The notes beneath the pieces were generated by a model that saw only the letters and a program-made list of their open reading frames with translations, was not told the DNA's origin and ran no database searches. Positions 41,796-58,535 of a stretch of DNA of 64,000 nucleotides are shown piece by piece. Where the stretch lies: contig JBLDXI010000057.1 of assembly GCA_047495785.1 (NCBI GenBank), forward strand, positions 1-64,000, given 5' to 3'. Source of the stretch: Lepidodermella squamata. Lineage: Eukaryota > Animalia > Gastrotricha. Each line of letters starts with the position of its first letter. Position 1 is the stretch's first letter. A program made the translations under genes and the position numbers.

Positions 41796-43928
41796 CTATA
41801 AATTAATACCTCTCCAAGTTGTTATAATCTGTGTAATTTTCTCAAGGAAAATTTTGGCTAACAAAGTTGGATAGACTATGAACAACTCAGGTATCGAGTT
41901 CAATATCACAACTCCTAATAAATTCGGCATGAAAATAAATGATAACATGAGAGCTACATCCGAGAACTGCGTTTGAGAAAGAGCGATTTGACTGACAAAG
42001 AATCTGAAAGCAACAGCGGTGAAAACTAATTTTATCATAGCGAATGGGATAGCTTTTGCAATAGCAAAGACCAGGAAAGCCGTCGCGAAATAGTTTTCGA
42101 TCGGTCGAATTGCTATATTTGCAATCAATGAAACCGCAATGAGACTGTAATTGATAAATCTAATTGAGTTTGAGTTTTCTAACAACAATCCAAGCCCGCC
42201 ATACGCAAATGCACATGCGAATTGAAGCCGAACTAAAAATGTCATTGCTCCTGTCGGGTTGATCACGCAGTATACTTCAAGTCTCATTTCCGGGACTCTT
42301 ATCTGTAGAAAAGAAGTTAACACCTTGGTAAGTAATGTTATTCTTAAAGCATGTTACACCATCAGCGTCGATGAATAACTCAGACTTGCATTTGAAGGTA
42401 AGCGGTGACAAGTAGAAATTAATAGGTAATTTGTTTACTATTGCTTTTCACTTGCAACGTGTCACATTGAAACGGATGTAGGAATAAGGAAGTCTTAATC
42501 CGATTTATTCAACGACGCTAATGCTCGTTTAATTGGCTCGGAAATGGAATGTTTCAGATAGATACATGGGCCCGTCCCCAGCTTAATAAAGGTCAACATT
42601 GAAAGATGTAGGGCTATTCAGATTTGTCGTCCAACTTTGCAAGCAGCCCGGGTTATTAATTTTATACCATTTTTTCCAGCGCTCTTCATCGTGACCAGCT
42701 TTTCGTCAGTCACAGCTAAGCTATTTACCCGCCCGAGATATTAGGCAAACCTGATGTTCAATTTCTTGATTTTCTACTATCAGAATGTTTACTTTAAGGC
42801 TTTTTGACTCGATCTGTAACATATTTTCAACCAGTCATAACAGAGATTTTTTAGCATGCTGCAATTACTTCAAGGGCCAGACTGGCGTTATTAGCTTCCA
42901 GCGCCTCGATTTGTGTAGTGTTTGCTGAAATCTACGTGAAAAAAACATTCGAACCCATTTTATACTAAAAACAGCGAAATCTGACATTTTCTTTCAGAGA
43001 AAGAACATGCTTGTGAACGTGGCGCCTGTAGGCGGGTGTCGCCACCAATTTCGAAGCTTGTTTTTGAAATAGTGATGTTTGCAGGATTTCTGCCATTGAA
43101 AGTCTTGAACTAGGCTCAATGCAAATAACTCCGTCAAGCAATAATTTGCGAAGCTCAAGCCAATCATCACCGACATTTTCAACTATTCTGAAATTGGACG
43201 TGGAACTTAATCAGCCGAAAGTTTTGTCCTCCGTTACCGTTTTTCCACTTCGTTTGAACGCAAAATGTGCTCGAAATATTGGACACTTTCCCAAATGAGC
43301 AGGCTTAACGTTACGAGTTCATAGGCAATCAGGCCAAATGCCCAAATGTCGGTTGGCGGTTTGCTCCTCTGGTTTTCATCGTTGTATTCCGGCGGCATGT
43401 AACAGTTCCGACTGTGTACGCGGTATTTGGTGTACCGAGCAGCTTAGCTATTCCCAAGTCGGCAATCTTAATCGTCTTACCATCGCTTGTGAAAAGGACA
43501 TTCTGAGGTTTCAAATGCCGGTGCACAACATCCATGTCATGCAGGTAGGCTATTCCGAGGCCCAGCTGGGTCAGCCAATTCACCACTTCATCACGTTGGA
43601 ATTGCTCTTTCACAGCCTTCTTCGCCGTAATAGCCTGCCCAAGACTTCCCGATCTGCAGTATTCCAACTCAAGCAGCAAATGACCATTATCGTCGATCCA
43701 ATGACTGAAAATGCGGATAACGTTCGGGTGGCTCAATGAAGCTAAAATGTCAGCTTCTTGAAGAACCATGCGCTGCATGTCGGGATAATCAAGGTTAACG
43801 CCTCGGTATATCTTTAATATGACATCTCGTGTACATTTGCGCAGCTCGACATTGGCGAAACCACCGCTAGCTAACTGCTTGATGTAAACAAATTCTGATT
43901 TATTACCATCAATATCTGACACAATCAT
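41796..43928 (-). pseudogene. Kinase-coiled-coil-TM copy C, probable pseudogene
   Basis: Catalytic HRD changed to HRH; 4-nt deletion relative to copy A in the activation segment (GGAACTGTTACATG vs GGAACATACTGTTACATG) causes a frameshift; the ancestral ATG (43933) is followed by TGA. Confidence 0.8.
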
Positions 43929-44059
43929 GACATTTTGGTGTTGGGTAGTATAAACGACATCTGATTATAAGGAGGGAATATGTTCTGATTGGAATTTTAC
44001 ATCAAAAGCGGAATACATTTGGGCGAAAGGAGCAGCAAAATGGCTATCAAGATGAAACA

Positions 44060-44216
44060 TAACGGTGCAGAACAAAGAAAGCGATCAAGCAACCACAGCC
44101 AAGCATAAATTGGTAAGGCGGACGATGTTGATTATTTTGCCGAAACAACGAATAAATCGACAGCGACAGCCACAACATCGAAAAGTTGTGGATGATGCAA
44201 TGCAGCCGACTGAGTA
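44060..44216 (-). pseudogene. Short degenerate fragment of the Cys-loop receptor C-terminus (M3-M4)
   Basis: ATCGACAGCGACAGCCACAACATCGAAAAGTTG is nearly identical to 35476-35508 (NFSMLWLSLSIY). Confidence 0.6.
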
Positions 44217-44424
44217 CCAGGTCAGCAGTGTTACTAGAAGCGTACAAAAGTATTCAGCTATGGACCTACTCTATTCCAAGAGTCACGAGGAAATGAAAAA
44301 CGTCAAGATTTTTTGTAATTAGGGCTGAAATCCACGGCATTCGCGTAATAATGCTCTTGGTCAGAGTATTGATACGCGAACGCCCTGTTATGCCCGTCAT
44401 TCTTGCCGCGGGGTGTGAACGAGC

Positions 44425-47103
44425 TCAAGCGAAAGCTGCAGCAACAAGGCTTGAACTCAGGCCATTCGAATACAAAACATGACAGTGCAAAATCAAGAAA
44501 ATGATCGTGGCAAACGTAGCCATGAATAGATCAATAAGGCGAACCATGTTGATCATTTTACAACAGCGTATCGATCTACGCCCAGTTTCAGGGCCGTAAA
44601 TCGACAGCGACAGCCACAACATCGCAAAGTTATAGATTGTGCAGCCGACTGAAAACCACGTCAACAGTTGAACATACGTCCCCAACAGAGTATCAATTGG
44701 TTTTTTCGGGACTTCAGCCATGACTAGATTCTGAAGTACGGCAGTCGCCAAAATTAGAGTTATACCAGCAGCAGCGCGGTCGGGAACGTCGGGTGGGGCT
44801 AGAAACACGACGAGGTTCAGCGCAGTGAGGGCAGAAGCAGGGACTGCCATGTTTTTGATGTAGTAGCGGGGATTTCGAATTAGGGATACTTCAAAGGTCA
44901 CTGTAGAAACCGTTACGCCATTGTAGAAACCCTCACCGGTGTTGTTCCGAGTTGAAACCAAGTCCCAGCCTGATCCATCGTCTGCAACATTGTCAAACAG
45001 GAAGATAAGACTTCCTTCATCGAAAACGACCAAGTTGATGGAGGTCATCAGGGAAAACTTAAATTGGCACGTTTGCGTGTCGAAAGGGAACAGCGTCAAG
45101 TCTAGAGCACAATTAGCATCCAAAACGCCCTCTTTCGTCCAGTAGAACTCGAACGTTCTGTTGATAGCGAGCTGTTTTGATGAGACCAACATCAAATAGT
45201 CATCGCTTGCTATGATGTCCTTCATCATCGTATTGGATCCAGCTGCGGTCATGAATCTATATTTAGGCAGCCAAAGGTCATCAGGCTTCGTGATTTCAAC
45301 TTGTTCAAAATCTTTGCCAGTTGGTTCCTGTGGATCAAAACAACCCCATTCGCATGTGTCGACTCGCCATTTCAGAACTAGCATCGCGTTGACTGAGATC
45401 TGCTCGTCAACAGTTGAAATGCCGCTAAGACTAGTGACTTGAAACCCGGCTGTTACTTTCATCGGCAGATTATTGGTTATTGGCGCTCGTAGTTTCGAGC
45501 TGAATAAAACGCAATCGATACGCTTTTGAGACACGAGGTAACGAGGTTCCGGATCACTGAGGCGAGGCACTAAGTTCTCGCTTATGGTTTTACCCGTCAA
45601 TATCGTTTCATTCGCCTTGGTGTAGCCACAGGCGTATTTGAGGTTCGCAATTTCATCTTGGCTCAGAACACCATCATACAGCAGAAAGCATGAGAATGAA
45701 GCTGCTTCCTTCGACGATTGAAAACCGATTTGCAGGGTACTTTTACCGGTGTCGTGAGCCCATTTTTCAGACGATATCGCAGACTCCGTTGCGGAGATGG
45801 TGGTATCGAACTGAATGTTTTGAGTGTAATTTACCACTTTGCCTTTATCCAAGTCAACAGTAAAAGCAAACATCTGCCACGAATTGGAGTGGCTGTAAGA
45901 CGTATTTGCCTCGGAGTCACCCGCCATGAAAGACAAATCAGCGGGGTCATCGGCAGCGCCATTGTGCGGCTTGATCGACAGCGTAGACGCTAAGCAACGA
46001 ACTTCAAAGAGCCCGGTGAGTTGAGCTAGTTTTATCTCGTAATCAACAACGCCGCAATTTGCCTTGACGTAGAAGGCCACGGTGAAACTTTTCTGTGGCA
46101 TCTTGACATCGCCATACGCAGCTAGGATACCCATCGAAGTGAAACTCCCGGTTGAGTACGGGCTGTCGACGGAGCTCAGCGTAACCCTGTAATTCTGGCT
46201 CGGTTGCCTGGGCTTGTACGTGATTTTCCCATTCTGATCAGTGCCAAGAAGTTTCGTGGATGACGAAAGGGGCCAGTATCCCAAAAGAGATCTCAACTTC
46301 GGGACCTTTGTTAAGTCGAGTTTGGACTTGAATACCAAGTTGTCATTTTCCGACGGCGTTGGCAGCGCTGATTGGCACGGTGCCAAGAAAAGCTGAGCGA
46401 TTTCGTCGCTACTAAGTTCGGTTCCGAAAAGTGAAATGCAGGACATCATTCGGGTTCGCAGCGCATCCATTTTACACTGAAGCTCGTTGTCGCCGCACAT
46501 AGTCGGATTCGCATCTGTTGGCTTGCCAATCGTCAAGGTCGAATCCGTCGCGATGTTAATTTTCACCGGCGACGCGCACGTCTCTGATTGAACCCGCCTA
46601 GTTGTTGAGTCGATTTGATACCGCGTAACCTGCCCATTTGTGCTATTGTACGTCAAAGCATGCAGGTAAACATCAGCGTTGGAATCACCCGAACCCGAAG
46701 GAACAGCGCACCGTTGCAGTTGGATGTTCTTGTTTGCTAAAAAGCCTTCGCTTGAGATCGATATGATGCCATCTAATGACACTGTGGCTGTGGGTCCCTC
46801 CATAGCGGTGTGGTAGGCGATTGTAAATGATTTGGCCATGGCAACTCTCACCTCGTACGTTGCGATCGGCGCTTCCTCGTCCGTCGATAGATAGAACCCG
46901 GTGTCAACGTTTTTCGGGGCGGTGAACATCGGGGAATAGATCGATTGAGTCGGACGGCTAATTTTTGTTCGCATGATTCCTTCAAGTTTGTTGTAGCCGT
47001 CCAGGGGCCAGAATCCGATGAGAAAGTCTTTGCCAGGCAAATTATCAGGTAGGTCGAAACTCGCCACCACGGTCGCGAGCACCAAAAGAAGTCTGGCTTG
47101 CAT
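44425..47103 (-). CDS. LamG/pentraxin-tandem Cys-loop receptor subunit, copy 2; single coding exon
   Basis: Closely similar paralog of 35301-37985; ATG 47103 MQARLLLVLATVVAS; same Cys-loop and TM motifs. Confidence 0.9.
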   Translation of the reverse strand: MQARLLLVLATVVASFDLPDNLPGKDFLIGFWPLDGYNKLEGIMRTKISRPTQSIYSPMFTAPKNVDTGFYLSTDEEAPIATYEVRVAMAKSFTIAYHTAMEGPTATVSLDGIISISSEGFLANKNIQLQRCAVPSGSGDSNADVYLHALTYNSTNGQVTRYQIDSTTRRVQSETCASPVKINIATDSTLTIGKPTDANPTMCGDNELQCKMDALRTRMMSCISLFGTELSSDEIAQLFLAPCQSALPTPSENDNLVFKSKLDLTKVPKLRSLLGYWPLSSSTKLLGTDQNGKITYKPRQPSQNYRVTLSSVDSPYSTGSFTSMGILAAYGDVKMPQKSFTVAFYVKANCGVVDYEIKLAQLTGLFEVRCLASTLSIKPHNGAADDPADLSFMAGDSEANTSYSHSNSWQMFAFTVDLDKGKVVNYTQNIQFDTTISATESAISSEKWAHDTGKSTLQIGFQSSKEAASFSCFLLYDGVLSQDEIANLKYACGYTKANETILTGKTISENLVPRLSDPEPRYLVSQKRIDCVLFSSKLRAPITNNLPMKVTAGFQVTSLSGISTVDEQISVNAMLVLKWRVDTCEWGCFDPQEPTGKDFEQVEITKPDDLWLPKYRFMTAAGSNTMMKDIIASDDYLMLVSSKQLAINRTFEFYWTKEGVLDANCALDLTLFPFDTQTCQFKFSLMTSINLVVFDEGSLIFLFDNVADDGSGWDLVSTRNNTGEGFYNGVTVSTVTFEVSLIRNPRYYIKNMAVPASALTALNLVVFLAPPDVPDRAAAGITLILATAVLQNLVMAEVPKKPIDTLLGTYVQLLTWFSVGCTIYNFAMLWLSLSIYGPETGRRSIRCCKMINMVRLIDLFMATFATIIFLILHCHVLYSNGLSSSLVAAAFA

Positions 47104-47583
47104 AGTTCCAAGTGCGAGAAAAATGTTCAACTGTGCGTGAGCAAATAAGAGATCTTTGTCGAGCTCAAAAAAATCACAAAAATGCGGAAAGCGAGATTAA
47201 TTTTGAAATCACGCCAGTCTGAGTGATTGGCTTTATTGTTGCATAAAATTGCGTTTATTTAGCTGTAGGGCCGAATAGATAGCTTTGTGTTTTCGTGGGC
47301 GTGTTGCGTGGTGTAATATTTTGACTAGTTTGAGGATTTGCCAACCTCCGTGGATCGGAAACCCGCACAGCATCCAACTGTATAGCGCTGAATTTAATAT
47401 TTTCTTCCAGGGTTTGGTGAAACTTTTTGTCCAAGGGAAAATCAATCAAAATTTCGATAAATTAGCTGTGCTGGTAAATCTGCCCTTATTAAATCGGGGC
47501 AAAATTGTAAAACACATTATACAATTTTTTTATTTTTTATTAAAATATTCAGAAATGTTCTTGAATTGAAATATATTTCAAAA

Positions 47584-48959
47584 TTAGAGTTTGACATTTG
47601 GGTAACTGGCGAGGGAAGCAACGCCGCACATATTAAGGCCGCTTTCAATTCGAATGTAGCCATTCTCGCCCCAATCAGGCCCATAGCTATATTAGAAATT
47701 CGACATAAAAAAATCGTGTCAATTGAATCTCTATCTCACCTATTTTTAGCTATCCACGCCCACTTTCTCACGCTGTAGTCGTAAGCATGGCCAACTATAA
47801 GCTGCAAAATCAAGAATTTTTTCCACGAAATCAGTCAAGCGTGTCGGAACTCACCAAAGCGTGATTCAGTTGCGATGCATTGCATAACGGCTCGTTGTAG
47901 ATACCATCCAAATAAAATTGAAACGAAAAATGGCTCGCGTCAACACCAATCGAAACAGGCCCGAAATATAGCGCCTAAATATCAAGAAAAATCAAATAAA
48001 AGTGATTTCGGCTGAAAATGGTTAGCCACCTTCCACAACTCAAACTCGTCCTTTTCTTTGACTTTGCAGTAAGGATTCGAGCTATCTAGCGGTGCGTAGA
48101 GTTTAGCCGTTGCCTTGCAGCCTTTCCCAACAGCCAGTGGGTCGTAGGGATAGGCGTCCCATAGGTTTAAACCACCTGTTGATTTGACGTAGTCATACGC
48201 GAATGTCATCAAGCCGCCAATGCAGCCAGCATTGCCAAAGCTTGACGAGCAATCGAGAAGATGCTTTAAATTTGGAAAATTTAAAATTTAAAAGAAATAC
48301 TTAATTTTATTATTATTAATTATTCTTCAATTAATTTAATTAATTAATTTTTAATTAATAATGAATGTTTTTTTTTGTTTATTTTTTTTACCTGTGCTGA
48401 GATTGTTAAATTGTTGCCCGTCCATATCAATAGGCGGCTCTCGATGGCGCCGGCAGCCGTGAGCGCCCAACACGCGCCGCACGGGCCCTGGCTGCGGATG
48501 TACGGCTGGACGTAGCCGCCGATGCGCCAGTCGATGCTGAACTGCAGCGACGGCGGCATGGGCGCGGGACACTCGTACCCCACTGATCGTTTATCTCGCC
48601 GAGCCGCCGCCTCAGGCACCGATTTTAGGCCCAGAATCGCGGCGTATTCGCTGGGTGACACATCGGCGAACTGGTTTGTGCCGAGTCTGAAGCCTCGTTT
48701 CGCCGCATTCCTCGCATTATGGTCGGAAATTGAGGCTAAATTCGAGTTGAAAATCCAACGCCGCCTTTCATGCTCTTCGGCGTGTTTGTAACTTTTCCGA
48801 AATTTCACTTTATATCCTTCCCAATCGATAGGGTCATATCTGATAAAAATAAATCTGTGAAAACTGATACGTATTCAAATTCAGAATTTACCGAAAATTG
48901 AGGCCGGCAGTTGCCTCGTTGGTAATGAACAATAACAAGGCTATTATGGAATATTCCAT
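47584..48959 (-). CDS. Papain-family (C1A) cathepsin L-like protease, single I29 prodomain
   Basis: Signal [11 protein letters not shown]; [16 protein letters not shown] prodomain; [18 protein letters not shown] and [16 protein letters not shown] (NSW is NSY here). Confidence 0.88.
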
Positions 48960-49495
48960 TTTTCGAAATTGCTCAGCCTAAATCGATCTGTCAATCGATA
49001 AGGTCACGCGTCCAGCTTAATTTGAAGTCGCAGCAAAGCAATCGCACTTGAATTTGACCCATGTCACAAATTCCCTAATTATAATAAGCTATAAGGCAAG
49101 GCAGTGAATATAGCACAAAGAACAAGAAATTTTCTGCGAAATTTTCCAAAATAAAACGGAAAAATGCAATCCCAGGTCTCTTAAATGTATCGGTGGAATC
49201 TCATTTTTGAAGGTGGGAATTGTGTTTGACCTTGAATTTAAATTCCAGTGTTGGGTGGACTAATCCAGTCTGCTGGTGGCCTGTTTTTGAGGACGTTCGA
49301 GATTCACCCAGCTTTTGTTTTCACTTTCCGACCTCAAATTAGGATACACGCGCCTGAGTCGGCTCGCGATCTCGTGGCTATACGAAAACAAGCCAAAACG
49401 ACAAAAATTCAAAACCTGCACTGATAATTTCATACAACTGAAAAATATAATACTTTTTACAATAATTTTATCCAATATTACACGCTAATTTATCA

Positions 49496-51740
<2,245 letters not shown>

Positions 51741-52044
51741 CTTCGATCATCATCACAATTTTACTGACTGCCTTTCATTTATCTCTCTATTAAATTTTAT
51801 ATATTCTTCGCTTTCTTCAATGGCTGCTATTTTTAATTGGAATTTGTCGTATTAACAGTATCAAAATGACAAATAAAAACGGATTTTTTGAAAATTTTAC
51901 TGGTATTTTTGGGAGAATCAAGGTTGAAAAACAACAGATCGCGTGATTTTTGGCGCCCGGTCACTGCAAGGGAACGCGTGCGAAAAAAATGGAAAGGTTG
52001 AAATTTTCAAAAAAACAACATTTACCCATTCATTAAATAAAGCC

Positions 52045-54395
52045 ATGCGTCCGGAAATTTTAGTAATTTTTCTTCTTTTTAAAATTAATAAATTTCAGGC
52101 CTATGGTAATAAAGCTTATCCAGCTTAAAATTACGATTTTAGTGATTTTGTTTCAGAAATAAACCAACAACAAGATGCTTTGCGAGACGAGTTCGAAGAA
52201 TGGAAGCACGAATTCGACATTCATTACCGCGATTCTATCGTCGAGCAGTTCCGCTACGAGACGTGGCTTCAAAATCGCGATGCTATCGGCAAGTACAACT
52301 CGGACAGAGGATTGCCTGAAAATCGTCGCCGAATTTTGAACCGATGCAGCGACCTTAATTTATGCCAAATCGACGAGACAAAGGACAAGTGCGCGATTTA
52401 CTACGACGTTGTTAAGCTGGACACGGGTGAGGTGATTCCACTGAAGCGGAAAGAGCCGAAGATTCGGCTGAAAGCGGCCGGGCCGCCGCACAAAACCGAC
52501 CCGGATTTTTTGCGATATTGCAAGCGATTTAAACGAAAGTTCAAAAGTGACTCTGAGATGAAGCTACGTTACGAAATTTGGAAGAAGCGATTCGATGAAA
52601 TCAAGCGGCATAACGCGAAGAAGCAGGTGGCTCATTTGATGACAGATACCGAATTTTCTGATCGAACTGATTCGGAGTTGAAATCGTTTTTCGGCCTGAA
52701 GGTGCCCGCTGATGCGAAATTTTCCGAGCCGCGCTACGTCCTACGCGGCGCTGCGCCTCAGACGCTGAATTTGACGCGTAATATCGGCCCGCCGAAGAAT
52801 CAGGGCGGCTGCGGGGCGTGTTGGGCATTCTCGACTGTGGCCGCTCTTGAGTCGAAGCATTGCCGGCTGCTGCGAACAGCTAACCCGGCAGCCGAGTGCC
52901 GGCGGTTCTCTGAACAGGAACTTATCGACTGTGCGACGACGACAGCTACGCCATCTTACAATAATATAGGTATATAGGTCAAATGAATAAAAATTGAAAA
53001 TTGGTTAAAGATGACTCTCTACATATTATAACTGCCTTGTACCCTAAGGCAGGGCTTCTCAACCCCTAACCCTTGGCGACCCCAAAATTAAAATTCTTAA
53101 CCAGGCTGCAGCCCCTAGCGGTTTTTTCCAATTTTTTTGCCTTTTTCGGTGTGAGAAAATTCCAAAATTATGCGTCCAAGCTATAAAATATCACCTAATT
53201 TCCACCATTTCCCCCTATAATTTCTTCAATAGCCTTGAGATGATGTCGGCTCTCAATCGCATTTTCAGCCGGTTTTCATTCGAATAAAATTGGACGCGAA
53301 CGAAGAGAGCTTTAGCTAACTCCTCGTTTCCTGGACTAAAAATGAACCAAATTTTCGCAATATTTAATTTTTTATGAAAATCATCACGCGACCCTCAGCT
53401 GACTCGGCGACCCATGAAATAAGGGCCCACTACCCCCAGTTTGAAAAAGTCTGCCCTATGTAGAATAGTCTTTCTGGCCATCCGATATCGGGGAAATCAC
53501 GTTTTTATCGATAAAATCTGGGAAATGATAATTAAAATCGATATCGGATAAATTTACAGAAAAATTCAGTTTTTTTTACAATTTTTTCAAAATTGTTTCG
53601 AAGCAGCTAATTAATTAATTGTTAACACATTTTTTTTAATTAATGAATTCTTTCAAATTTATTCTTGCCAGATTACGATCGAATTTTCTCGAAATTGAAT
53701 CTATAATAATTTATTACCCTGTTCCAAAGCGTTCCTCATTTTCTCTTCATTTTTCTTCATTTTTTTTATCAAGGTTGTGGCGGCGGTTGGATGCCGAATG
53801 CGTTCAAATACGTGTTGGATAACCGCGGCATCAACTCGGACTTGTACGCCTATGTCGAGAATCAAAATCCCAGGTGTTGCCGATTTCGAAACGAGTCGTT
53901 CGCTCGGCTGCAATCATCGCACCGACTCATCAATTGCACAGATGAGGAATGCGTAATTAATGTTAGAATAATTTTTCTACCAATTTCTGATTGGGTCAAT
54001 GACTGTTTTTTACTCGTCAGGCATTGAACGATTTTCAAGGCTGTGTTTGCGCGGCTGTAAACGCTTTGCCGAGTCTTCAACAATACAAAAGTGGAATCTA
54101 CTCGCCGTCGACGTGTTCAACGGCGGTGAATCACGCTATTGTAAGAGAGTTATAATTTTCTGCTATTTCTGAGAAATTTTAATTTTTTTTTAGAATATTT
54201 GCGGTTACACTGAGAACGCGTGGATTATCCGAAATTCATGGGGACCAAGTAAATGCTATTTTTCCCTTTTTAATTTTTTTCAAAATGAATGTTCCAGATT
54301 GGGGCGAGCGAGGCTACTACAGAATGGCTCGTGGGCGTGGAAACTTGTGCGGCCTTTGGTCATACATCAGCTACCCGGTTATGACCTCAATTTGA
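52045..54395 (+). CDS. C1A cathepsin-like protease with tandem I29-like prodomains
   Basis: [37 protein letters not shown]. Confidence 0.88.
53050..53453. mobile_element. Degenerate hAT-type MITE in a cathepsin intron
   Basis: Ends CAGGGCTTCTCAAC ... GTTTGAAAAAGTCTG; imperfect 8 bp TSD CCCTAAGG / CCCTATGT with central TA. Confidence 0.6.
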
Positions 54396-54498
54396 AGACA
54401 TTATCTATCATATAGAACCAACGTAATCTATGAGAGCAAAGTTTGTTCAGGCTTCGGGAAATAAGTTATTTATGATTGAAATAAAATCTCATTATTTG

Positions 54499-54938
54499 AC
54501 GTCGCTGAGTTCAACGGACCAAATTTTAGCGGACCAGTATTTCGGACTAGGTCGGAGGTGTGCCATATGATTAGTCGATTCCCCCTGAAAAGTGCCATCC
54601 AATGACCTACTATACACACCTGAGCTATTTAGCCTCACTCTGGCGGTTGCAAACATCCAAGTACTACAACTTGATTTGGTCCGCTAAATTGGGTCCGCCG
54701 AGTTCAACAAAGCCAGGGTTTTTGGAGCTCAGCGGACCCTGGTTTAGCGGACCGCTCTGTTTAAAGCAGCCCCCTATTAAGATGGAATTCTAATTTGGGT
54801 CATAATTGGTCTCATTAGATGCGCCACACCTTGCCGCACTTGGCACCCAAGTGGCACACTTCGATGGTATCCATGACTAGGATTTAAGGGGTAATAAGTG
54901 TGGTCCGCCAAGAAATGGTCCGTTGAACTCAACGACGT
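54499..54938. mobile_element. MITE with ~24 bp TIRs and internal GCGGACC subrepeats; TSD probably 9 bp (CATTATTTG)
   Basis: ACGTCGCTGAGTTCAACGGACCA ... TGGTCCGTTGAACTCAACGACGT; flanking direct repeat TCATTATTTGACG makes the exact TSD length ambiguous (7/9/11). Confidence 0.8.
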
Positions 54939-56349
54939 CATTATTTGACGATGATTTTATTTTTTTTTAATTAAGTTGCGTTATATAAAATGCGATATAC
55001 ACCTTTTCCCGGAGCAATTTGCCACGGCACCATTGGAGTTTGCCGATCTATTTTTAGCATGAACTTGTTGACATGAATGATGATCATTATTTTTTGCGTC
55101 TTCTTCGTCGTCGTATTCCACTTCTTTGGTAATGATAGTAATGAATGGATTTTATTGCTTTTGGCACTAATCAGTAACAAAAAATACGGCACGCGCGAAA
55201 TTTTTATTACGCTGATATTGTTTGGGTCAAATTTTTGTTTGTACTATTAGCAGGCGTTAACAACCTATTTTCAAAGAAAATAATAGACAGGGCAACATAG
55301 AATAGTAACCGTTAAGTATTACCCAACAACAGAATTTCACCCCTAATTTTATACATTGCGTACTTATCCTATTTTGATAAGCGGAAAAACGATGCTTCGT
55401 ACGAAATTGGTTTACTGCTGATTCCATCAGAGAACCTGAAATTTGAAAAATTTGATGAGATGAATCCGGGATAATTTTTAGGTGGTGAGGGACTAGCATT
55501 GGGAAGTAACGCATCGTATAAGTACTAAGAAAAACTCCATTCTTAGTCTTTTTCTTCCTTGAAGTCCCACTTCTGAATAAGAAAACGTAAATAATGTCAG
55601 ATTTTTTCAATGGTTTGAAATTGCAGTATGTCTAGGCTGAGCTTCGAAACTTTAAAATTTAAGTATTTTGGCAACTTTTAAACTGTTATAAATCGCCAAT
55701 AAACAGCGTTTCAAGACTTGAAGTATTTAACAAAAAGTTCGAGCTAACGCGTTTTCGCGGCGGTTGTGAAAATTTCCGGTGATCAAATAGAGCAAACGTT
55801 ATTATCATCATCTCTGAGCGCTTCAAAAAATTTGCCTTTGGAGACTTCTATCCGAAAATCGAAATAATTTAGTACAAAGCCACATTTAGAAAGGCAAGCT
55901 TTTTAAGCGATGAAGGTGACTAAACTCTGAGCCGATGATGTAAAATCTCGAATAATTACAAAAAGTTTCACATGCTTCAGGAATTTTATGATTGAGGTTC
56001 CTCGAAATGTGAAGGCTTTGCAAAAAATGAGAATCCGAAATTTTCGGCTTTGGATGCGTGGAAAAACGTTAAAAAAACAGCAACGTAAAATGTTTCATCG
56101 ATTTCACGTCATTTTTTTTTGCAATTCCTCTCAACTCAATTTATTGGACAGTTCTCGGAATTTATTGCCAGGTCAAATTTAAGAGGTTAATAATAGAAGC
56201 AGGTTGAAATTGCCACGTCGCAATTAAAGGTAACAGCAGCTGTTTTTCTGAAACCACGCGATCGTCACCTGCCAGACAGCAATAACACAACTTCATTTCA
56301 AATTTAAAGAGAAAAACCAACAGTATTTGAATTTCATTTCACGCGAATA

Positions 56350-58535
<2,186 letters not shown>

